Of a DNA stretch of 64,000 bases, positions 27,789 to 39,200 are shown piece by piece. Location: the NCBI GenBank assembly GCA_002633005.1, contig NMRA01000002.1, positions 1,891,023 to 1,955,022 on the forward strand, read 5' to 3'. A program made the translations under genes and the position numbers. The stretch is from Phoronis australis. Taxonomy: Eukaryota; Animalia; Phoronida. Under the pieces are notes generated by a model that saw only the letters and a program-made list of their open reading frames with translations, did not search any database and had not been told where the DNA came from. Position 1 is the stretch's first letter; every line of letters begins with the position of its first letter.

Positions 27789-29231
27789 AAATTAAAGGCA
27801 CTTTTCTGAAAAAGTGAATCGCCGCTTTTTAACCAGTAATGGTGTAATGTTTCCAACACGTCTTCTAAAGCCGATGCGTTCTTTCTTTTATAGATGAAAA
27901 CTTGTAAAAATACAATTCACGACGAAAGTGATAAGGAAAAATACATTTTTCTCTTCATGACGGGCGATGACTCGTCATGTCAGGTCATTCAAGCTAGTCT
28001 GATTAAGAGTTCTGCTTGCACTCAGCCGTCGTAACGGGGAACTCCAACAGCACCTAGCCGTCATGACGGGGAATTCGTGTCATTTTGTCTTGATTACTAT
28101 TGACATGAACACTAGATTATCAATAATTTCCTATTGGATGCATGCAACCCATGTATGAGTTATATACATAATTCCAATTCCAATGGCCACGGGATTGGGG
28201 GCTAGAACAAATGGTAACTTCCGTTTTTTGAGTCATAGTATAGTCGATTTTGAAGGATTCGAGTCTACGTAGGGGGTTGTCGGAAGGGGAGGGGGTAATC
28301 ATGACTTTGCATCTACCTGTTGCAATATGGGCATGTATTACAGTACACGGTTTCGAATTAAAAAAAAAAATCCGTAGCGACGGGTGCTTCTGGGCAGTCT
28401 TAACAACTAACAGGTTTGAATAATTTCCAACAATTTTGTTCTTACACCCGAGGTCACAAATGTCTTTTTGCGAAGCAGTGCCGGAACTGGTTGGGTCGAG
28501 CCGGTGCAGACAGAAGTTATGATCAGACAGACCGAACATCTTTTTTGAATAATTGCCTATAGAAGGCCCGTGTTACACTCGAGCGGGAGATTAGCTGTTT
28601 GCAATGAGGGGGTCGCGTGTTTGTTTTTGTTTCGTTTTTTATTATTTTTAAATCGAATTATGATCATACTAACCAGACTTAAATTTTATTGGTACGGGTT
28701 CACTCGGTTAGTGAAGGCGAAAACAGATCCTGAAGCACGGACACCCACTGAAAGATTTTTAAAACGTTTGCTTAAAGGAGCTATTCAACACTGTTTAGCT
28801 GTCATTGTTAACTTTTTAAACAAAGGGTTTTGAGGTTAAAAAAACATTACCACGCGCACCTGATCATGAATTGTTGCAGACAGAGTAAAGTACAGGCAAT
28901 GCGTGCGTGTGACGTTTTCGAATTCGCAGTTTTTGGGTTGGCCAATCCTAGTTAGATTTGAAGCGTCTTCTTAAGTCGCGGATTTCGATGTTCTTGTTGC
29001 TAACGAAATAGAATTCTTTCACGGTATGTTTTTAGCCAACTAAACAGAGGAAAGTGCTGCGCTCACTAATTTTAAAAGTTCGTTAGAATTACACACCGGA
29101 TAGTAAGCCGGTTTATTACCAACACTGTAACCAGACTTGCACACGTGCTACCGGTTTACGAAGGTGTACCCGGTCAGTAGAACGGGCATCTAGTAAAATT
29201 TTTATTCGAAAATGTTTCTTGGCCGTGTTCG

Positions 29232-29500
29232 TTAGTTTCTGCACAACTCTCTAATCAGTTTTGTTATGAAGTCCAGACTCCCTCTTTTCGCAGAATACGT
29301 TGACCACCAAGTCATCGAATTAATCGAAATTCTCGACCGAGTCGTAGACAATATAGATTTCATTGCAATTTCAGAAATCGGAAAAAGGCGGATGTTCGTC
29401 CTTACGACATTGAATAAGCAAAACTCGGTTGAAGCGCCCGGACCCTCGTAAAACAAGACAGCGAGAAATATTCTTAGTAGCTGACAGAAACTGGAAGAAA
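29232..29500 (-). mobile_element. Possible decayed hAT transposase C-terminal (dimerisation) fragment
   Basis: QLLRIFLAVL...ASTEFCLFNVVRTNIR and, in a shifted frame, FDDLVVNVFCEKR resemble the hAT pattern LLRIxLTLPVxSASxERSFS...KTxLR...FDxVIDxFAxKK; recognised by eye only. Confidence 0.35.
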
Positions 29501-31007
29501 GACAAAAGTCCATGACAAAGAATAAAATACATGAACCTCAATAAAATGCTTAAACAATGTTTATTGCAACCGCAACGAAATGATTCTCAAAGATCCAGGT
29601 TCAGGACAAAAGTTGTAACAACTTGTAAAAATGATAAATACTCTCGTACCTGACGAGAAATGGACTCATGTCACCTTTCCTTTTTCATTTCACTATCAAA
29701 GTTTCAAATTTCAATACCGGTAGTAGAGTATTGATGGCATATCGGTTCCTATGCGAATACGACGAATTACCGGTGGAACGGTTTATTCATACTGTACCAA
29801 CTTTGGAGACGTGTTTTAGGAGAGCGCTAGTCATGGTTATATGAAATTCTATAAAAATTCCAGTTCTAACCAACTTCGGAACATCATATCTGACAAATGA
29901 CTGATCGGATTAGCAAGAGTTTCCGGTTCTATGCTTTATCTGCTCTTCTCCAAGACGCTGATGGAATATTGTTTTAACATTTTTCTTCTGCATGAGGCTG
30001 AGAGCTATAAAAATAGGCCATAACCATTTTTATGAAAAATAAATTTGCATAAAATGAAAACTTAACGATAATTTAGAGAACCCTAACAGGGTTTGAGATT
30101 CATGTTGGCGATTTATATCATACGAAATTTACTCATGTTGCTTTGCTTTGAATGCACCCTTCTTTTTTACTTAATTTTACCAAAAAGCATGTTCACGTGA
30201 CCTTATGAATGACAGGTTGGTGTAAAGTCAAAAATCATATTCTACAGAATTTCTACTTTTAGAAAATATATACCTTTGCCGAGTTAAATTCTATAGTTTT
30301 GTAGATATTTGGTCAAATGTAGTCTTGTCGATATGGTCCTACATAACCTGAATGGTTGGCAGGCAGACGATTCAATTCCAGTTTTGATGAAATGGCGAGT
30401 AAAAAAGCCCAAATGATTGCCACAGCCTCGTGTAATCACATATTCCTGCTCCCAAGGAAGTAGCGTCTATGACAGTAGAGCATCAAGTTGAATCCAATGA
30501 AATATTTTGAAGTTCATTCGCTCTTGTTGGATGCATAACCCTTTACGCCCAAGATATTCGGAAACGTTCTACGCATTGACGCGTTGTATTCATTCGATAC
30601 TAGGGACAACCAACCACAAAATATTCTATCACAAATACTAACTGATTGCTCTGACCTGAAACCCACGAGACGACTTCTACACGAAACGTACATAATGTAG
30701 CAAGTAAATCTCATAGTATTATGTGACCTGGAGCGGTGGTTTAATTGAAAAAACCCAATAGCGGGACAGACGAATTAGGACCAGTGAGTTAAGTGTATTC
30801 CAATGGGAAATAAGTCAGTACTGGCAAAAAGCTGCAGCAAATCCAAACGTTTCATGTCATGCTGAATTATCCAAGGTTTCATCTAAGATAATACTTTTCG
30901 TTTGAAGCCTCTCCCCTTGCACTGCACCGCTGGTATCTCCAAGACAGAGAGAACATCAGATTGTGTGCAATGGTATACAAAAATAAACACCTCTAAGCAG
31001 TTTTGTG

Positions 31008-31013
31008 TTTATT
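31008..31013 (-). terminator. Candidate poly(A) signal of the neuregulin-like gene (3' UTR about 1.7 kb)
   Basis: AATAAA on - followed about 20 nt later by the GT/T-rich GTGTTTATTTTTGT. Confidence 0.5.
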
Positions 31014-32696
31014 GTTCTCCAACAGAGGGGCTTACATAGGCGAATAGAACTTGTGAACAAGCATTCATACAACATTCCACCTCACAAACATTTATACATC
31101 TCATGAAACTAGTCCGGGCAGTTCAACACAGCAGTTCAGTACATCATTAACTGAGTACTGCCACCATATACTTAAATACACAACACTCATGGAATGGTCA
31201 AATGAATATACTGTGGTAACATAATCCTACAAATAGTCTGGTTGTTATTTACATCCATATTTGGAAAAATTTCCTAGAGACAGTGCCCTCTCTGGGAGGC
31301 AGGTGTCAACATACAACACAAACAGTGGGCAACATAATTCTATAATGGCCTTAAATGTCTATTACTCAGTAAGGTCCTAAACGTGACATGACAGTGGGTC
31401 CTTTTGAAGTTCTTAAATTGCAATATTTAAATTAACTACTTTCTACAAAAAATAAATCTTTAAGGAACACTATCTGTAAGTGTAATTGTCAAGTATCTCA
31501 TAATTTAGTTTACCTACATTCACACCAGGCCTCTAAAAGTGGACTTCTAAGCTATAACAATAACACATCTGGAGAAATTACAATAAATTAGATGAAGATG
31601 AACAGTATACAAAACCGAAAATTGACAGTTTGGTCAGTTCTTACCTAACATCATACATATATACTAGAGGTAATCAACTGAAACTAATTCAGAAGGGGAA
31701 TTGAAAATAGCAAAATAAGGAACATGGTTACTCATAACAACGGCAACAACTCATTGGAACCATCAAAAACCAGTGGGTAGGAACAAAATAGCTTAAGTAC
31801 TGTAATGACCTTGATGCAGGTCACAGTAAAATATCACTAATTTGCGACACAACATGGCACAAAAAATGAAAGTTTATTTTATCAAATTTTCGTAAGATAT
31901 TTAGCACCACAATAATGCTTTTCAAATTTCGCACCACTGCTTTTACAACTAGATATTTTCTTGAGAAATTTTGGGCACTCACAACAATGCTTGAACATGT
32001 GAAAAATGAAAAAAAAGCAACTGAAACTGGCAGGTATTTTTGCGCAAAATTGGTGAAATTTTATGGTACATCTAAACCCGATGATCATAAAAAGCACTTG
32101 GTATTACATGTCAAAATCTGTATGATGTCGCTGAGAAATCTCTCTCAGCAAAAGTCTGGAACACAACTTCACACACACAGACCTGGTAATGATTACCCAA
32201 AAGCGCTCGGCTTATATAAATATATTGAAGACTCACAAATGTTTACAAATAAATAGAACATAAAATTGTAAGAAATATTTACAAACTTTGTAGCCTCTGC
32301 TGGCTTAAAAGCAATATATACATATATGGTCTTTACTTAATCAACAAGTCTTATCATTCATGTCAAATAATGCATGAATGCGTATACACACAGAATTGTT
32401 CCTACGAAGAGATTTTTTGCATATGGTTGAACAAAACCATGCATATATGCATCAGGCTAACAACAGTATTTAATATAAATTACTTAAATGCCATAAAATT
32501 TTAACAACCATAATAGCTCCAACAATTTAACTATAAGCCTATGCATGGGCAATGCACTGGTGACTGCAGCCATAGTGAATAAATATCATATAAAAAGCGA
32601 AAAACGGACGAACAGAATTGGAGAAAGATCTTCAGCAGGGTTTTCAGGTTGTTCTCGATGCAAAACGCATTTTAAAATGAGCTAAAGAGGGCAACA

Positions 32697-33245
32697 TTAG
32701 ATGTTTGTCTCTCTGTCCAATAAAATGCCATTTTTTAATAATTGTTCCTCATCGAAAAAAATGCTGACTTCAGCTTTTTTTGCCGGACTTTCATGATTAG
32801 ATTTGCGGTTAGTGGCAGGAGCTTGCTTTGGGTACTGGCCAGAGTGGTCATTGTCATACAAACTTTTATTACTAATTGTAACAGTGTTACCAATTACTGA
32901 CTCATTAACACTATGATGGCTCCCCATGGAACTTCCATCACTCCCAGGAACTGGCTGGCAAGATTCCGTGTTGGAACTCTGGGACGGTAAGCTGTTGTTG
33001 GTGTCGTCGGTGTGGGCCCCAGAGGGGTCTTTCTCCAGCCCTTTCTCACTGCTGCCACTCGAGGCCTTTGAAACTCCCGAGAGGCGCTTACGAGATGGGA
33101 GCCGGCTACCGAAGGAGGTCACGGAGTTAACCTGGTGTCTCTCTTCATTGGAGATGGCCGTTCCTTTCATAACTGAAGACGGATGGTGGTTAGGGTCAGG
33201 CACTGCTTCAGTAGTCTTTTGAACTCCGGGGTAGGGCATAGGACG
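32697..33245 (-). CDS. NRG: NRG-like last coding exon (Ser-rich tail ending ETNI)
   Basis: ttgcag|RPMPYPGVQKTTE...FFDEEQLLKNGILLDRETNI TAA; 549 nt, phase 0, matches the preceding donor. Confidence 0.85.
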   Translation of the reverse strand, partial: RPMPYPGVQKTTEAVPDPNHHPSSVMKGTAISNEERHQVNSVTSFGSRLPSRKRLSGVSKASSGSSEKGLEKDPSGAHTDDTNNSLPSQSSNTESCQPVPGSDGSSMGSHHSVNESVIGNTVTISNKSLYDNDHSGQYPKQAPATNRKSNHESPAKKAEVSIFFDEEQLLKNGILLDRETNI

Positions 33246-36200
33246 CTGCAAGTGAAAAGAAACAATATTAACTGTAGAGATTACAAAATGTAGATTGTAA
33301 GGTTGTACATTCATAAGGTTAAACATAAAAAATAAACTGCTATAATGAAAACCGTAGCCCAACCAATAAAACAACAAATTTCACTAAACATGGATATCCA
33401 CCAAGATCGCCAAGCTGTGGAGATGAGCTAGTTCAACAGGCACTCAACACTAACTATAATCCAATTTATCGGAGACTGTGAATGCACCAAGGTGATGACG
33501 TGTTCGACTAATAACTATCATCATCTTCCCTCATTTATCTCAGAGCCAGAATTAAAGCTTAAACAAGACTCCCGCTGATATATTTGTTTTTGTCTAGAAA
33601 ATCAAAGGAGTTATTATCATCAGTTTACAGCCATCATCAGGTAAGTGACTGCAACACATTAAATCCAACATGGCGGCACAGTGAAACAAAATGGCTTCCA
33701 TCTTGAGCAGCTTAACCTAAGCAAGGTGTTAAATGACTGTCTGCTAAACTGTTATGAATCTTAATTCACTTGCACATGAATCTCACCAATAATCCTCTAA
33801 TAAATATTCCAAATCTGTGTTTTGGTAGCTATTAATACCCAATCTTTAAATAATTTGTGGGCCATCACCAGAAACACCAATAAATAAGGGAAAACCTAAG
33901 CCTTTATCTCTTACACATCTGAGGGCCATTTTAACCACAAATGGTTTATAGGTGTTTTTCAAAGCAAGGGAAATATTGGCCTAGCCATTTCAGGGAAGCA
34001 ATTCACATAATGCACCCACAATGCAAATTACATTTCCATCACTCCGTCCAGTGTTCCCTACATATTGCTCTCTAACATTGAAGGAACCCACAAAAATAGC
34101 AACTGCACAAAGATCAATGCCTGACTCAAAAACAACGCCAAGAGTGAACCCAGCCCCTAGTTGGTCATCATGGCCTTCAGGACACTGACAGGCAGCAGTA
34201 TGCAACAGCCGTCAGCCCCAAGACAGCAACAGTGTATATCACATTACCAATAAGTTCACACAAACTTGACTGGCAGGTTGCAACAGCCCCAGGCAGATGG
34301 GTATAGGACAGTATACAAGAGCAACGCAGAACGTTGATATGCACAGACCTAGTGTGCATCGCACGCATACATCGCACATACGAAGGATGATTACTATTTC
34401 AAATATTCCCACTAAAGGGAGCAACACCAGTAAATTTAAAATAATCTCTCAGGGGTACATAGCAAGTCAGAAATGCTCTCCTCAATTGGAACGCATCTGA
34501 CAAGATCATAAGAAAAAGTGTATTTGCACTACGTGGCACAGTGGTTGTCAGGTACGTCCATAAGTTGTTGTCATATATTGCCACATTCATAGAAATACAC
34601 TTGCCTGCATGGTTTTAGTAGAAACACCTGTGGATGCAAAAAAAGATGAACTGCCACCAGAGGGTGCCACAGAAGTCAAAATTGTCCAAAAACATTGTCA
34701 GCCATGGTCTTCCCAGTAAGAACACAGACACCACCTTTAATAACTAACTTAGCTTGGTTTGGCCCTATAGAGAGATGGACCTCAAAAACACTAAAAAATA
34801 ATTAAAATGGACACAAGAAAGCATACATTATGTCAAATCATCTGAAAACAGGTTGGTGCCATCGCCTTTTTTGATAAGATCCTATTTCCAAATTTCAAAA
34901 AAATAAATTAAGGAACTCCCACGACATAGAGGTAATAGTGAAAAATAAAATTGCCATTATGGGGCATACCGTTGTTCAATCTATTAAAGGTACAAGGTCT
35001 GCAAAACTTCACGAACATGACATCCAAGGGATTTGAAGACTACAGCAGCGAACGGTTGCTGGGCAGACACTGCAGACAGGGTTAATGGCATAACACACCC
35101 ACATATAAATATATATGGGCGCATAAAAATTAATCATTATGCTACAACTAGGCAATTTCCGATGATTTTATCACGAACAGCCACGTCAATTTTCAGACTC
35201 TGTTTATACAAAACACAGTGTAACCTCCCATATTTGAGAAATATATGAACACCAAAATGTCCCAATCTCCAGAATCAAAAAAAAAAATCAATTTTGGGCT
35301 TGAATATCATTGTACCAAATTTTACAGACTTCCCCAAAGTGGAGCATTTAACTGTAAATAAAGCCATCAAATTTACTGTATCAACATGAACACAACAACC
35401 CATGAGCTTATTCTGTTTCCAATGATTCTTAGCTAACCAAGAACTCCAACTGCCAAGTGCACCAAAACAGCAGAACATCAAAGGGCGATGGAACAACAGG
35501 GTAACACAATTAATTTAGGTGGAGCAAGCATGTTAACTGCCCCTTATGCAACTCATGAGACAGGTTTAGGATGAACGAATTGAACCTCAGCCTTGACCAT
35601 GGCACCACATAGAGATGGTTAAGACAGTCTGGGAACTGGGTCACTGGCCAATTGGACTAATGGATTGTAAACATCTGCCCAGATAGAGACCTGACAACAA
35701 TTAGTTGTAGGAATCCACGTATTCTGCCACCTATTTAGACCCGCAGGCTTACATGTGAATTTGCACTTTAATCCAGAATTAGGGCATGTGACAAATGCTG
35801 ACGAGCATTGAGCTTAACATTAACTATTGAGTGAAAATTATTAAGAATGGAGAAAAATGTGCACAAAAACACCCACATTAAGAGACGAGATAGCCAACTG
35901 TATCTACAAGTGCATGCACCTTGTATGTGAAACACCTCTGCAAAAATTTTCTTTGAAAAAGTACATTATTTCAGACATAAGTGCATACGTGAAAATGCAC
36001 ACATACATGTATACAGTAATGGAAAAATGAACTTGTCAAGAAATGTGCAGATGTAATAGCAGTAGTATTTACCAACAATCATCAGGAGATTCTACAATTC
36101 TATTTTGTCTATTTCATGTGGACTTTCGTTCAAATTATCTACATAAATAAAAGGCAACAATTTGGACTTTACCGAGGAATTTTTATAACGAAGATAATTA

Positions 36201-39200
36201 GCTTCCAGGAAATGATGTAGATGGCCGGCCTAAGCGAAAATTCAATGCAAGGCAATCATGAAACTGCATACTTACAGACTGGGGTGGCCGTGAATCAACT
36301 TGGTCGAGGAGTGGTAGTTCATGATTTGCAATGTTGTAATTATTCTGTCGTCCGCGTTGTTTCCTAAATATAAAAAGACCATTTAAAGGCATGGTTATAT
36401 TCATATCTGGAACAGATTTTCGGAAAAAGGAAAACCCTGCACTAATAATTTCAACCTGTTTGTAGCTGGCCAAGCATAAGTAACAGTGGCTATGTTTTTA
36501 CTTATAACAAAACTCATTCCTGTGTTATTAAGAATTCTCTTAACTTTCAATTTCAGTACACTTATTAGCTTGCAATCACTAAAGCAAACATCACTGTCAC
36601 AGGATGTTTTAGTAATCAGGATATCACAAAAGTAACACAATGGCTGAAGAAAATGAATGAAAGCAGCATTTGAAAAAAATTTTCTGACATGTTTCTAATT
36701 GCCATTGGTTACTTCTTTTGAATTCTGTTGAAATGCCTCCACTGAATTCGTGGTACGAGCTTGAATGACAGACACGCCAAATACTACCAGTTCTATCCAT
36801 ACTGTAGAGTAGTTCAACTGTATGGTATATTTTTGATATCCCACCACCAGGTGGCGTTGGGTGCAAAAATATGTAGCTAGATTTACTTGTGAAATGTATA
36901 ACAATTTACAACTTTCTTTCACTTTTATACTTTTCTGATAATGAAAATGTATTTAGAAAATAGACCACAAGAATTTCAAAAATATGCCTCCTTGTTTTAA
37001 ATTGAATTTTTTTTAAAAATTGACCTGCACACTGAAATGCACCCAGCTCAGCATATCAAACAATTTAAACCTAATTGGTACAATACAGAACAATGCTCAT
37101 TACAATGGTCAACCACTGAATGAAAACAAGTTACTGTGACGTGCAATTCATGGGAGAATAACTCAAATGAATCAACCTAGTGACACGGCATGATACATAC
37201 CTATTGTAGAGAAAACACATGATCATCACTATAAACAACAGTACACCAATGATAATGCCCATGGCAACGCCCATAGCTATCACATTCTTTGGCCTCTCCA
37301 AACCTGTCAAACACAAACATTTCTTCCATGAGGAGCTGATGGTACAACTGGCAAAATTTGACACAAGCCGACGTGGTACTATCCAAACTTGCAAAGAAAA
37401 AACACAATAGCTGTGTGGCGGACTTTATCAAAGCATGCCTGACATTCCTAAAGGTACAGTCTCCTTTCAAGCATTGTAACCAAATGTTTCAAATCACTGA
37501 ATCCATACTTTTCATGTGGAGAATCCATACTTGTTCATGAGGAGAAATCATGGCTTCCTCATTCACAACACAGTGTACCGTACTCAGCCAGGAGTCCGCT
37601 CAGGGTACATAAATTCGGCAACTGAAAATCATGGGGGAGGGGGTAGGGTGTTTACCGGAGCATAGGTGCCTAGAAACGAAATTTTGTAGATGTCGGAGGT
37701 GGATGCTTATCCATACAGTTGAATGAGTTAATACTCGGGGCGCCACTTTGACGTCGGACATCTCATGGAAAAGTAAAATAAAACAGAGGATTGTAGACAA
37801 CAAAATAAGGGACTTGCTATCAAGAATAAAGTGACTGCACAAAGTAATTCACAGCAGCACGACACAGCTTTTGATGTGGTGTATATTTAATTTTCTGTTA
37901 CAAACATTATACACATACAATGAGCTGGTTACGCATTGACAAGAATGCTTTTGCCAGGTTTGCAGACAATAATAGAATGTGCACAAGCCAAAAGAACCAT
38001 TTCATGTCTTGTTCAGTGAAGACCAGGAGAGTACTGGGTATTTTCCCTAGCGAATTATGCAAGGTTCTGTGGAAACCAACTGGTAAACTAATCTCATATT
38101 TTACGAAAAGTAAAATGCTGATGGCAAGGGCATTCCCAAAGACACGGGCACATTTATGGAATTCTCGGTTGTATACATTGAGGGTGGGTGGTAAGGCAAA
38201 AATAGGAGTGTAAACAACAAAATTTGCGAATTTCAAGGGTGGGCGGTAAAGTTGAGTATTGGTGTTAACCTAGACAAGTACGGTACTTGAACTATGCTTG
38301 AACTTTAACCACATAAAACTAGACACCGAAACAATAAAGTAGACAGCCAAACAACACAGCTCGATTTGTTCCGTTCAAAAATAGGTTTTAAATATTGCAA
38401 TTAAGCAGTTAAGTAAGAATTCTTTGGATTCTTGGTTTTTACAGTTTGAAATCAACATCAGCAATACTTAAAATAATCATGCACTAATAGTTCTGGCATA
38501 TGACATAATCACTGGTTCATTTGTCAGGATACAAAGCATTTGTGTGTTATAATTTATACACCAAACACATAGCGAGAGTGAAATCACTGGAAAGTGTGAT
38601 TCATGCAAAGTCATAGTTTTGCAAATGAGAAGTGTGCAAACCTAACAGCAGCCAGTGCTATTGCAAGATTCATTAGGTTATTATTGTGCTACTGCAAAAA
38701 TACACATTTGGGAGCAAAGAATGCTCAAATTCTCCAACATGTACAAATTGTTTTAACCTTTTGCAGAAAGACGGCATTTCTTTACAACAATCAAGTAACC
38801 ACTAAGTGGAAAACTATAAAGCATTCAAGAGACACATAGTAGCAACAGAAATTTCAAGAGGCATGCAAGACAACAATAATGATAAAAATAGGGACAAACT
38901 AAACAAGACAACGTGCAACTTTAAACAGAGATTGCTGGCAACTGAATGAAAGAAAATAGAGCACAAGACAGGGTGAACTGAGGAGAGCAAAGCCCATGCT
39001 CTGAACGAGAACGTGCAAACTAAAACAGCATGCAGAATAAAAAGAGATCTTCCAAACTTGGTAACCAATAACGGATGTTGAGACTACTTCCTAGGCACTC
39101 GCATGCTTGCATGTCTATTATATCATTGCTAAATAAACATAACATGGAAATTTCAAAACAAAAAATGTCAAGAATATATGGAAAATAAAAAAAATTCTGA

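Noticed and set aside
32926-33222. 98-aa + strand ORF
   Set aside because: It is the antisense shadow of the NRG-like last exon.
33990-34500. Cluster of overlapping short ORFs in the last NRG-like intron
   Set aside because: No consistent splice sites or domain; at most a faint likeness to decayed LINE sequence.
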